Both the position numbers and the translations under genes were made by a program. Shown one piece after another: positions 26,965-36,340 of a stretch of DNA of 64,000 nucleotides. How positions within the stretch are numbered: position 1 is the first letter of the stretch; each line of letters begins with the position of its first letter. The stretch comes from Candidatus Colenecus caballi (GTDB lineage: Bacteria; Bacteroidota; Bacteroidia; Bacteroidales; Bacteroidaceae): positions 8,210 to 72,209 of the forward strand of contig JAGHSY010000033.1 of the NCBI GenBank assembly GCA_018065615.1, read 5' to 3'. A model generated the notes under the pieces. That model made no database searches, was not told the DNA's origin, and was given only the letters and a program-made list of their open reading frames with translations.

Positions 26965-27001
26965 AAAATCCCGGATCTTCAAAGGTCCGGGATTGATTTT
27001 T
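26963..27001. terminator. bidirectional terminator hairpin between convergent genes
   Basis: 9-bp stem AATCCCGGA/TCCGGGATT (26967-26994), flanked by an A-run on the left and a T-run on the right. Confidence 0.6.
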
Positions 27002-27821
27002 ATCTGAGCACTCTGTTACGCCGGTCAACCATCCTGTTCTTGTTGACCACATGGAATTCTATCAGCTCACTTGCTGTAAAATGACTCTCACGCTTTTCTT
27101 TAAGCAATTCGCTCTGCATCAGGTCATCCCGGACTCTTGCCATTTCCTTGTCAATTGAAGCTATCTTGTCAAGAATTCCTATAACGCTGTCCAGAACCTT
27201 TACATGAACAACTACCTGTTCATCAGTAATCCTGCCGTAGTACAGTTCCGGGGCACATGCCATCAAGTATGACAGATTGATCAAAGCATCGGTCTGCACC
27301 TCCCAGAAATACTGGACCTGATGCTTCTCCTTACAGATGGCATAAACGGAACGGATATTGTCCGATATGCTCCTGTTCTTAAGGTCATCGACTGTAAGCG
27401 GATAATTCATGTCGGCCGCAAGCTTGGCTATGGCCGCATCGGACTCCTTCAACGAAATGCCGTATGCAATCCTCAATGGCCTTTCAGTTATCAGAAATGC
27501 CAGCGCGGCGGTCTTCTGATGCATGGTCACAAGCTTGTCCGTTTCCTTCGGATCAAAAAGATACTTGGGCTTGACAAGTTTTTCTCTCTTGGTAAGTGCA
27601 GTTACAATTGTGAGAGAACCGTCTTCAATGTTGTCAAAATACTGCTGAGCCAGAACATCGACCATGTCCAGAACACTGTCAGCCAGTTCTGCCTTGTAGT
27701 TGTCAAACATTTCCTGGGTAGCCTGCTTGGCCTGTTTCATAATTGACTTTCCGTCCTTGCATGAAGTGAGGGAAAGGAGTGCGCCCAACGTAAGCGCCAT
27801 GATAACTGAGTCCTTTTTCAT
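27000..27821 (-). CDS. hypothetical lipoprotein
   Basis: Start chosen at MKKDSVIMALTLGALLSLTSC (lipobox). No family recognised. Confidence 0.6.
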   Translation of the reverse strand: MKKDSVIMALTLGALLSLTSCKDGKSIMKQAKQATQEMFDNYKAELADSVLDMVDVLAQQYFDNIEDGSLTIVTALTKREKLVKPKYLFDPKETDKLVTMHQKTAALAFLITERPLRIAYGISLKESDAAIAKLAADMNYPLTVDDLKNRSISDNIRSVYAICKEKHQVQYFWEVQTDALINLSYLMACAPELYYGRITDEQVVVHVKVLDSVIGILDKIASIDKEMARVRDDLMQSELLKEKRESHFTASELIEFHVVNKNRMVDRRNRVLR

Positions 27822-27834
27822 AATTTGAGCATAT

Positions 27835-29127
27835 TTAAAGTCCGAAAGCCTCTTTGACCTTGTCAACATAATCCAGCTTTTCCCAGGTGAAGAGCTCGAC
27901 CTTCATGGTCTTGACCTCTCCATTACAGCTGCGGAATGTCTTTTCCACCTCTTTAGGACGACGGCCCATGTGACCATAGCTGGCAGTCTCACTGTATATG
28001 GGATTGCGCAGTTTGAGACGCTGCTCAATAGCCTTTGGACGCAGATCAAATATCTTATCGACTTTGGCTGCAATTTCACCGTCTGTCATGTTCACGTGGC
28101 TTTTGCCGTATGTGTTCACCCAGATGCTGATGGGTTTTGCGACACCGATTGCGTATGAAATCTCAACCAGAATCTCATCACTGACACCTGCTGCTACCAG
28201 ATTCTTGGCAATGTGACGTGCTGCGTATGCCGCACTGCGGTCAACCTTACTGGGGTCCTTGCCGCTGAATGCACCGCCTCCGTGTGCGCCCTTGCCGCCG
28301 TAGGTATCGACTATTATCTTGCGGCCGGTAAGACCGGTGTCACCGTGCGGGCCGCCAATGACGAACTTGCCTGTCGGATTTACAAAATACTTGATTTCAC
28401 CGTCAAAAAGAGCCTTTACCTCTTCACGTCCGATGCGGGAAATGACGCGCGGAATAAGAATGTTTATGACATCCTGACGGATCTGATCCAGCATGGCGGC
28501 ATCGGCCTTGAGCTGAGCCTCCTCAGTGTCGTTTTCGGGTCTGATGAAATCATCGTGCTGGGTTGAAACCACTATGGTGTCAATGCGTTCAGGTATTCCG
28601 TTATCACTGTACTGTACGGTAACCTGGCTTTTGGAATCCGGACGCAGGTAGGTCATGACCTTGCCCTCGCGGCGTATCTCTGCCAGCACCTTAAGTATCT
28701 TGTGGGCAACAAACAGGGAAACCGGCATGTAGCTCTCAGTCTCGTTTGTGGCATAACCGAACATCATGCCCTGGTCACCGGCACCCTGATCCATGGGGTC
28801 TTCACGGTTCACGCCACGGCTTATGTCTGCGCTCTGCTCATGAATGGCACTGAAAATTCCGCAACTGTCAGCATCGAACTTGTATTCGGACTTTGTGTAA
28901 CCGATACGGCGGATCACGCTGCGGGCAGCTTCCTGCAGGTCAATGTAGGAATTCGATGTAACCTCGCCCGCCATTACGACCTGACCGGTTGTTACAAGTG
29001 TTTCACAGGCAACCTTTGAACTGGGGTCAAAGGCAAGCATTTCGTCTACGACTGCGTCCGATATCTGATCGGCCACTTTGTCCGGGTGTCCTTCAGACAC
29101 CGATTCGGATGTGAATAGATATGACAT
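27835..29127 (-). CDS. metK: S-adenosylmethionine synthetase
   Basis: [24 protein letters not shown] and [16 protein letters not shown]. Confidence 0.97.
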   Translation of the reverse strand: MSYLFTSESVSEGHPDKVADQISDAVVDEMLAFDPSSKVACETLVTTGQVVMAGEVTSNSYIDLQEAARSVIRRIGYTKSEYKFDADSCGIFSAIHEQSADISRGVNREDPMDQGAGDQGMMFGYATNETESYMPVSLFVAHKILKVLAEIRREGKVMTYLRPDSKSQVTVQYSDNGIPERIDTIVVSTQHDDFIRPENDTEEAQLKADAAMLDQIRQDVINILIPRVISRIGREEVKALFDGEIKYFVNPTGKFVIGGPHGDTGLTGRKIIVDTYGGKGAHGGGAFSGKDPSKVDRSAAYAARHIAKNLVAAGVSDEILVEISYAIGVAKPISIWVNTYGKSHVNMTDGEIAAKVDKIFDLRPKAIEQRLKLRNPIYSETASYGHMGRRPKEVEKTFRSCNGEVKTMKVELFTWEKLDYVDKVKEAFGL

Positions 29128-29214
29128 ATATAAAGTAAAAAAAATATCCCACCATCAGTTCTGACAATGGGAAGACTGCTGTCCGACTCAAAGACGGGTC
29201 ATAATAAAAAATGT

Positions 29215-29285
29215 TGACTTTTAGCATTTTTTACCGTGGTTGCAAGCTGTCGTAACCCCATGGGGTGACCAAATCTTTCCACATT
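29215..29285 (-). promoter_or_regulatory. candidate SAM-responsive riboswitch-like element in the metK leader (SAM-II-like by eye)
   Basis: Minus-strand RNA reads GAUUUGGUCACCCCAUGGGGUUACGACAGCUUGCAACCACGGUAAAAAAUGCUAAAAG. The GAUUU .. GCUUG .. A-rich GCUAAAA layout recalls SAM-II from memory. It was not verified with a covariance model. Confidence 0.25.
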
Positions 29286-29465
29286 GTCGGGCGCAAAATT
29301 ACTGCTTTTTCAACTAAGCAATTGTTAAAATATTAAAAATTAGCGACTTTCAACTTAACATTAGGAAAAATGCTGACTCTTTAAACTGCAATTGATTAGA
29401 ATGTAAGGTTTTAAGGACCCGGTTTTTTTACCGGAATAAAGTGATTTAGTTGGAAAAAACAGGTT

Positions 29466-29491
29466 GGAAAAGGCAGACCGTGAGGCCCGCC
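29466..29491 (-). terminator. rho-independent terminator after the lytic transglycosylase gene
   Basis: Minus-strand GGCGGGCC-UCAC-GGUCUGCC (8 bp including two G-U pairs) followed by UUUU, directly after the stop codon. Confidence 0.6.
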
Positions 29492-29495
29492 TTTT

Positions 29496-30395
29496 TTATT
29501 TCACCCAAACCGGATTGTGTACTTTTATCTTTGACGGATTGTACTTCTGTGCAGCTACATCAGGAATTGTCACATAGTAGGTCCTGTGAGACTTGTTGTT
29601 CAGCTTTGACTCCCTGAGCCACAGGTTGGCACGCTTCAGATCCGCGTATGAAACACCGTAATGTTCAGCAAAAGCAACCAGATCTTCTACAGGATCAGTA
29701 ATCTTTATCTCACCTTTTGGCGGAATGTACTGATACAGGTCTTCGGCTTTGAAATGAAAGCCGAAAGCTGCGGGATTTTCAAACATCATCTTGGCTGCAA
29801 TGAGCCTGAACATGTATCTTGAGGTCTCTTCCACCAGCCACATGTCAAGGGCATTGGTCTGATGCTGAAGTTCTATGCGCCTGTCCATACCCTGCTGACC
29901 ACCATTGTAGCTGGCAGCAACAGTCATCCAGTTGCCGTACTTTTCATACGCCTCAAGAAGGAAACTGCATGCCGCTTCCGTTGCCTTGACGGTGTTGTAA
30001 CGTTCATCAATGTTGGCATTGACTTCAAGACCGTACACCCGGCCTGTAGCCTGAGTGAACTGCCAGAGTCCTGCGGCTCCCGCCCCTGACGCAGCCTGCG
30101 GGTCAAGATTGCTCTCAATGACCATCAGGTATTTCAGGTCATCGGGCACACCCATGCGCTTGAGTATGGGCTCAATTTGCGGGAAATACTTGTTGGCACG
30201 CTTTATCATCAGGGTCGATGTACTGTGCGTGTAAGTGAACGCTATCAGCTCACGGTCCATGCGTTCGCGAAGGTCCTGACGGTCAAAACGTATAGTCTCA
30301 CCGGCAAAGACAAAATAATCCGGAACAGCGGGAACCTGCTGCGCACTGACAGCAAATGAAATCAGGGAAACGATAATGAAAAGGGTATGTTTCAT
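29496..30395 (-). CDS. lytic transglycosylase (SLT domain) with C-terminal LysM-like region
   Basis: Signal peptide, SLT catalytic region (ESNLDP .. AGAAGLWQF) and a LysM-like GVSYADLKRANLW segment. Confidence 0.8.
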   Translation of the reverse strand: MKHTLFIIVSLISFAVSAQQVPAVPDYFVFAGETIRFDRQDLRERMDRELIAFTYTHSTSTLMIKRANKYFPQIEPILKRMGVPDDLKYLMVIESNLDPQAASGAGAAGLWQFTQATGRVYGLEVNANIDERYNTVKATEAACSFLLEAYEKYGNWMTVAASYNGGQQGMDRRIELQHQTNALDMWLVEETSRYMFRLIAAKMMFENPAAFGFHFKAEDLYQYIPPKGEIKITDPVEDLVAFAEHYGVSYADLKRANLWLRESKLNNKSHRTYYVTIPDVAAQKYNPSKIKVHNPVWVK

Positions 30396-30404
30396 GACGG
30401 GGAA

Positions 30405-32714
30405 TTATTCTGCCAGAATTACTGTCCGGTCAGCTTTTCGGAAAACGGGAATGCAGTCTGCGGTTACAGGGACCTCAATATAACTGCCACCATTATACAA
30501 TATGTCATTAACCGGACCGTCCGCACTGAACTGAGCCCAGCCGCATTCACACTCGGGAAGATATACGCGCATGCTGGTAATGCCGGGATCGGTTACGGGG
30601 CATACCAGCAGTGCCGGGCCGAACATGAATTCTGTCTGTTGCCTTAATGCTTCAGTATCATTCGGGAAATCGAATACCAGAGGACGCATCATGGTGTAGT
30701 CATCGGAAGAAACCATTTCAGCACATGAAAGAATGTACGGCATAAGCTTGTAACGCATGTCTATCTGTTTCCTGTAGATGCGCTGCGTCTCTTCTGAATA
30801 GTTCCATGGTTCGGTGCGGCTCATGTAACCGTGTACACGCATGAACGGCAGGAATACTGCTGTCTCTATCCAGCGCAGCATACGCTCCTGGTAGTCCTGG
30901 TCCGTGTACTGGTTGCCGGGACGGAAGAATCCGCCTGCATCGTAAGTCCACCAGGGCTGTCCGGTTGCCATAAGGTTAAGACCGCCGGCTATCTGGCGGC
31001 GCAATGTCTCCCAGTCATTGCCTACGTCACCTGACCAGTTTATTGCACCATATCTCTGAATCCCAGTAAATCCGCTACGGGTCAGAATCATTGGATCACG
31101 GTCAGGCTGATCCTTCCTGAGACCGCCGTAAACCGTCTCGTTGACCTTGTTGGGATATGCGTTTCTGTAGAATTCACCGGGAATTTTTCCGCCTGCCACC
31201 ATGCGTCCGGCCAAATCATCATTCTCAGGTTCTGTAGCATCCTGCCACCATGCGTCAATGCCGGTCGGAAGCAGTTTTTCACTGAAGTTCTTCCAGTAAA
31301 GGGCAGCAGCATCGGGGTTGAAGAAATCTATCCAGTCAGTGCCGTCAATGTAATAGCCTTTTGCAGCCATGTCACGGCCCACTTCACAATTGCGGTCTAT
31401 CTTGGACCAGACAGAAAGCATGAGTTTCATATCAATTGCATGCAGTTCATCGGTCATCTTCTTGGGGTCAGGGTACTTGCCCTCATCGAACTTCATGGCG
31501 TTCCAGCCGTACTTGCCCCACCACTGCCAGTCCTGAACAATGACGCTGGTGCGGTAACCTTCGTCACGCAGGCGGTATGCGTTGCCAAGCAGTTCCTTCT
31601 GGCTGTCGTAGCGCTCGCGGCAGTGAATGTAGCCGAAAGCCCAGTCCGGCATTTCAGGAACATGTCCTGTCAGACTGCGGAAAGAACCTATTATTTCATC
31701 GGCACTGCCCGCAAAGACCGTGTAGTCAAGTGCTGTGGCGACCGGTGAATGGAGTGTGGTCACGTCAGTTACAGGACGAAGTCCGATGCTGGGACTGTCA
31801 CCGCGGGAACCGCTGACAAAGACCTTATGGACACCCTTGTCAAGATAGGTTATGACCGATGATGTTGGCGGCAGCCAGGTGTTGCTGGCATTGATGACCG
31901 TATCACCGTCTATCATCATGAAATGCTTGCGCGCCATGGCCTGGCCCACATCAAGAAGGATGGCATAGTCACCTGCTCTGTCAACTGTAATTTCACCGGT
32001 GAAATCGTTGAAAAAGCGGCGTTCGCGGACGTTGCCGGCAGTTCCTGTGGCGTTCACGGTAACCGCCTGTCCATCGGACTCACCTTTTTCAAGTCTGACC
32101 GTCATATCTGACGGGTTGTAGTCTGTCAGACCATAATTGTTCCACAGAATGCCGTAACCCTTGTTGGATATGATCATAGGTATGGATATCTGGGTATTGA
32201 CCTGGGTCAGACGGCGGGTCAGGCCGCGAATGTTCAGGTATCCGTCCTGGAACTGGCCGGTTCCGAACAGGAATTCATCCTTTCCGGTCCTGAATGACTG
32301 GGTCACGTCCAGAGAATTGAAGCTGCCTGTTTTACCTGCTTCAATGCTGCGGCTGCCTGGCATTTCCTCCAGCAGCAGACGGCCATTGGCATCATAGAAT
32401 CTGATGTCACCCGTCTTCAGACTGACCCGGGCCTGCATGGAACCTTCCTTTCCGAATACCAGAAAACTGCCGTCCTGTGTGTGTTCCTGACAGGGCTGAC
32501 TCTGTTCAGTGTAGATAAGCTCTTCCAGTTCAGGCAGTTCCACTCCATCCGGTACTATCCGGACACGGATTGCACTTTCATTCATTGGGATAACGCTCAA
32601 CCAGCCCTGAGGCACTTTCACGGCTGTGCCGTCTTCACTCCACGCTGGAGTGTACTGCCTGCATGAAGCTGCAAGTGCTGCCGTCAGCAGCAACGGAATC
32701 AATTTTTTGCTCAT
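30405..32714 (-). CDS. glycoside hydrolase family 31 (alpha-glucosidase/alpha-xylosidase type), lipoprotein
   Basis: Start chosen at MSKKLIPLLLTAALAASC. GH31 core with IDAWWQDATEPE and FMRVHG regions. Confidence 0.85.
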   Translation of the reverse strand: MSKKLIPLLLTAALAASCRQYTPAWSEDGTAVKVPQGWLSVIPMNESAIRVRIVPDGVELPELEELIYTEQSQPCQEHTQDGSFLVFGKEGSMQARVSLKTGDIRFYDANGRLLLEEMPGSRSIEAGKTGSFNSLDVTQSFRTGKDEFLFGTGQFQDGYLNIRGLTRRLTQVNTQISIPMIISNKGYGILWNNYGLTDYNPSDMTVRLEKGESDGQAVTVNATGTAGNVRERRFFNDFTGEITVDRAGDYAILLDVGQAMARKHFMMIDGDTVINASNTWLPPTSSVITYLDKGVHKVFVSGSRGDSPSIGLRPVTDVTTLHSPVATALDYTVFAGSADEIIGSFRSLTGHVPEMPDWAFGYIHCRERYDSQKELLGNAYRLRDEGYRTSVIVQDWQWWGKYGWNAMKFDEGKYPDPKKMTDELHAIDMKLMLSVWSKIDRNCEVGRDMAAKGYYIDGTDWIDFFNPDAAALYWKNFSEKLLPTGIDAWWQDATEPENDDLAGRMVAGGKIPGEFYRNAYPNKVNETVYGGLRKDQPDRDPMILTRSGFTGIQRYGAINWSGDVGNDWETLRRQIAGGLNLMATGQPWWTYDAGGFFRPGNQYTDQDYQERMLRWIETAVFLPFMRVHGYMSRTEPWNYSEETQRIYRKQIDMRYKLMPYILSCAEMVSSDDYTMMRPLVFDFPNDTEALRQQTEFMFGPALLVCPVTDPGITSMRVYLPECECGWAQFSADGPVNDILYNGGSYIEVPVTADCIPVFRKADRTVILAE

Positions 32715-32721
32715 ATTTTTA

Positions 32722-33186
32722 TCAGTTGGAATTCTTCTTGGACTTTCTGGCTTCTTTTTTGGACTTTCTGGCTGTTTTTCTGATTGTTTTATTTTCTGCG
32801 GCCGCACGTTTTTCGGCCTCCATATGTGATCTGGTCGTAATTTCAATGACACCATTGGCGCCCTGCATACCGTAAATGGCCGAAGTTCCGTCCTTAATGA
32901 CATTTATAGAATAAACATCCTCCGGCTGTATGTACATAATGTTGTCCGTCTGAATACCGTCAACCACAAACAGAGGCTGTGTCTGACCGGAATTTGTACC
33001 AATACCACGTATATACATGGCAGGCATAGTACCACCACCCTTATCAGTACTTATTACCAGACCAGGTTCTCCACGCAGCATGTCAATGATTGTATTGTAC
33101 TTGATTTTCTTATTGTCCTGAGAAAAACAGGACACATACCCCAGCATCAAAAGCAGGGACAATACGGTAAAACGAACTCTATTCAT
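32722..33186 (-). CDS. stand-alone TonB-dependent-receptor Plug-domain protein with Lys-rich tail
   Basis: Start chosen at MNRVRFTVLSLLLMLGYV. Plug motifs IRGIGT, PLFVVDG and IKDGTSAIYGMQGANGVIEITTRS. No beta-barrel follows. Confidence 0.65.
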   Translation of the reverse strand: MNRVRFTVLSLLLMLGYVSCFSQDNKKIKYNTIIDMLRGEPGLVISTDKGGGTMPAMYIRGIGTNSGQTQPLFVVDGIQTDNIMYIQPEDVYSINVIKDGTSAIYGMQGANGVIEITTRSHMEAEKRAAAENKTIRKTARKSKKEARKSKKNSN

Positions 33187-33264
33187 AAAATGTCCGGCTA
33201 ATTGGTGCAAACGTACTAAAAAAAAGAAATAATTCATATCTTCGCACTAAATAACCAACTGCTT

Positions 33265-35607
33265 ATGAAAACCCGAAACCTGTTATTTTCACTTTCACTT
33301 GCACTGGCTCCAATTGCCGCCGGTGCACAAGTCAAGACTAATGTCACGTTCTACACGCCTGACATTGTGCGCATTCAAAAGACCTGGTCCGATGCCCCGC
33401 GCCGGGACCTTTCCGTAATCATGCAGCCAGGACAGGTCAAAGTCAGCCGGTCCGGTGACACTTACAAGTCTTCAGAACTGACCGTGAAAGTCAGTGCAGA
33501 CAATGAAGTTACATTCCTTGACAGCAAGGGAAACATTCTGCTTGCCGAAGGCGCTTTTGAGGCAGGAAAAGCCGCCAGACCTGAAGACGCGTCCGCCAGC
33601 CAGTCATTCAAGACCGATGCCGACGAACCCATATACGGCCTGGGCATACTGCAGGAAGGCCGCATGGACATGCGTGGAACCGACCGCCGCATGATTCAGG
33701 GCAACACCGATGACTACTGCAACATTATCCAGTCCATCAAGGGCTACGGTCTGTTCTGGGACAATTATTCACCCACTACCTTCCGCGCATCGGACTCAGG
33801 ATTCACATTCGCATCCGAAAACGGCGGACAGATTGACTATTATTTCATATACGGCGGCAATGCTGACGGCGTCATTGCAGGCATACGCCAGCTGACAGGC
33901 ACTGTACCCATGCTACCGCTCTGGAGCTACGGGTTCATGCAGAGCCGTGAGCGCTACAAGTCAAGCGCCGAACTGCTTGAGGTTCTGACAAAATACCGCC
34001 AGACGGGCGTGCCCATTGACTGCATGATCCAGGACTGGCAGTACTGGGGTAACAACTATCTTTGGAATGCCATGGAGTTCAATGCCGATGAATTCCGCAA
34101 TCCCGAACGCTGGATAGGACAGATACACGGCATGAACGCCAAACTTATGATTTCAATATGGTCATCTTTCGGCCCCATGACCAAGCAGTACCGCGAACTT
34201 CAGCCCAAGGGTCTGCTGCTCGATTTCCAGACATGGCCCCAGAGCGGCCTTACCGACTGGCCTCCAAGAAGGGACTATCCGTCAGGCGTACGTCCGTATG
34301 ACCCGTTCAGCCAGGAAGCACGTGACATATACTGGAACCACCTGACCCGCCTGCATGACCTTGACATTGACGGTTGGTGGATGGATTCCACAGAGCCGGA
34401 CCACATGGATTTCCAGGAAAGCGACCTGGACCTGTCCACAGCTATGGGTCCGCTGCGGAATGTCCGCAACGCCTATCCGCTCATGGCAGTAGGCGGCGTC
34501 TATGACAACCAGCGCAAGGTGGACAGCGGCAAGCGCGTCCTTATCCTTACCCGTTCGGTCTTTGCCGGCCAGCAGCGCTACGGCTCCAACACCTGGTCAG
34601 GTGACGTGCAGTCCAACTGGGAGAGCTTGAGAAAACAGGTACCCGCCGGCCTGAACTTTGCCCTGACCGGCAACCCCAACTTCAACAGCGACCTGGGCGG
34701 ATTCTTTGCCAACAGTTACAACGAACGCTCACAGGACTGGTCAGCCGTCAGGAACCCGCTGTATCAGGAACTCTACACCCGCTGGATGCAGTACGGCATA
34801 TTCTGCCCCATGATGCGCAGCCACGGCACGGAAGTTCCGCGTGAACTGTACTATTACGGTGAAGCCGGCCAGCCCGTTTACGATGCCCTGCTGGGTGCTG
34901 TCAAAAAACGCTACAGCCTGCTCCCCTACATCTACTCGCTGGCACATGAAGTCAGCGCCGGCAACGGCACATACCAGCGCGCCCTGATCATGGACTTCAA
35001 GTCCGATAAGAACGTGTGGGACATGGGTACTGAATTCATGTTCGGCCGCTCAATCCTTGCTGCTCCTGTTCTGAACGCCCTCTACACTCCTGAAAGAGCT
35101 GTCAGCAAGAGCCGCTCAGGCATAGGTGACGTTGATTTCACCGAAATGAAGACGGTTAAAGTCTATCTTCCCGCAGGTGCCAGATGGTATGATTTCGATT
35201 CCAACAGACTGTATGAAGGCGGTCAGGAAATAGAGCGTGAAGCCAATCTGGCCACCGTTCCCATGTACCTGAAGGCCGGCAGCATTCTGCCCATCGGACC
35301 CGATGTCCAGTATTCGACCGAAAAGCCGTGGGATGACCTTGAGATACGCGTCTATGCGGGTGCAGACGGCACATTCTGCCTGTATGAGGACGAATTTGAC
35401 AACTACAACTATGAGGACGGCAAGTTCACGACCATTGACTTTATCTGGAACGACAGAAGCGGCAGCCTGACCATTGCAACCCGCAAAGGCCAGTATGACG
35501 GCATGCTCCAGAACCGCCAGTTCCGCGTGATTCTGGTTAAGGACGGAGTGGAAAAAGCAGCAAAGACAGTAAAATATTCCGGCAGAAAGGTCAGCGTCAA
35601 GCTGTAA
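33265..35607 (+). CDS. glycoside hydrolase family 31 (alpha-xylosidase/alpha-glucosidase type)
   Basis: Signal peptide. DIDGWWMDSTEPD and MRSHG regions are paralogous to the neighbouring GH31. Confidence 0.88.
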   Translation: MKTRNLLFSLSLALAPIAAGAQVKTNVTFYTPDIVRIQKTWSDAPRRDLSVIMQPGQVKVSRSGDTYKSSELTVKVSADNEVTFLDSKGNILLAEGAFEAGKAARPEDASASQSFKTDADEPIYGLGILQEGRMDMRGTDRRMIQGNTDDYCNIIQSIKGYGLFWDNYSPTTFRASDSGFTFASENGGQIDYYFIYGGNADGVIAGIRQLTGTVPMLPLWSYGFMQSRERYKSSAELLEVLTKYRQTGVPIDCMIQDWQYWGNNYLWNAMEFNADEFRNPERWIGQIHGMNAKLMISIWSSFGPMTKQYRELQPKGLLLDFQTWPQSGLTDWPPRRDYPSGVRPYDPFSQEARDIYWNHLTRLHDLDIDGWWMDSTEPDHMDFQESDLDLSTAMGPLRNVRNAYPLMAVGGVYDNQRKVDSGKRVLILTRSVFAGQQRYGSNTWSGDVQSNWESLRKQVPAGLNFALTGNPNFNSDLGGFFANSYNERSQDWSAVRNPLYQELYTRWMQYGIFCPMMRSHGTEVPRELYYYGEAGQPVYDALLGAVKKRYSLLPYIYSLAHEVSAGNGTYQRALIMDFKSDKNVWDMGTEFMFGRSILAAPVLNALYTPERAVSKSRSGIGDVDFTEMKTVKVYLPAGARWYDFDSNRLYEGGQEIEREANLATVPMYLKAGSILPIGPDVQYSTEKPWDDLEIRVYAGADGTFCLYEDEFDNYNYEDGKFTTIDFIWNDRSGSLTIATRKGQYDGMLQNRQFRVILVKDGVEKAAKTVKYSGRKVSVKL

Positions 35608-35644
35608 CTCCAAACCAGAATACAGCTTTTCGCCAAAGCAGTAA

Positions 35645-36080
35645 ACAGACATGTGTCTCAGAAGCTTTGTGAGCGGGGTGTCATTTCCAAAGTCGGTGTC
35701 ACCAGAGCAATCCTTGAACAAAAAAGCACCGTTATTTGTTCATGGAATTCGGTTGCGCAGAAGCCATGTGCCTCAGAAGCCTTGTGGACGGGGTGTCATT
35801 TCCAAAGTCGGTGTCATTGACCAAACCTTGAACAAAAAGGTGCCGTTATTTGTTCTTGGAATACGGTTACGCAGAAGCCATGTGCCTCAGAAGCCTTGTG
35901 AGCGGGGTACCATTTCCAAAGTCGGTGCCATTGACCAAACCTTGAACAAAAAGGTGCCGTTATTTGTTCTTAGAATACGGTTACGCAGAAGACATGTGCC
36001 TCAGAAACCTTGTGAGCGGGGTGTCATTTTGAAAACCGGAATACTGGAACAAAATACAGGCACTTTGTGTTCCAGGATTT
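35645..36080. repeat. tandem repeat array, ~3.8 units of 114-115 bp, each with a GAACAAA-N12-TTTGTTC hairpin
   Basis: CATGTG anchors at 35650, 35765, 35879 and 35993. Hairpin GAACA at 35716, 35830, 35944 and (degenerate) 36047. Units are near-identical and the last one decays. Confidence 0.9.
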
Positions 36081-36340
36081 CTTAAACAGAGCGGGCAGTC
36101 GCCAGTGACGGCAAGGCGGATTCACATGGCACCCATTCGGGTCTCCTGTGACTCGGGAAACGCCCGAGCCACAAATACAACGAACCTGCGCATCACCTCC
36201 CCAATGAAATTTCCACTCCATGTTTGCTGCTTTGGCGGAAACCACCACAATCCATCAACGTTATAATTAATTAATGTATGAGAAACATCGGCGCGCTCCT
36301 TTTTTGATTACCTTTGCCGGACTTATCATCAATCCAAACG

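Noticed and set aside
32715-32903. N-terminal 63 codons of ORF 30405..32903 (GH31)
   Set aside because: The extension overlaps the Plug-protein gene and is low-complexity. The internal Met at 32714 starts a proper lipoprotein signal (MSKKLIPLLLTAALAASC).
35645-36080. Possible CRISPR array
   Set aside because: The units are about 114 bp and directly contiguous, with no unique spacers between them, and no cas genes are in the window.
35651-36085. 144-aa ORF running through the tandem repeat array
   Set aside because: It is simply the translation of the repeat units. The first unit is read in a different frame from units 2-4 over its first half, there is no recognisable family, and the same NKK..FV.G peptide artefact appears wherever the hairpin occurs (for example ORF 25084-25293).
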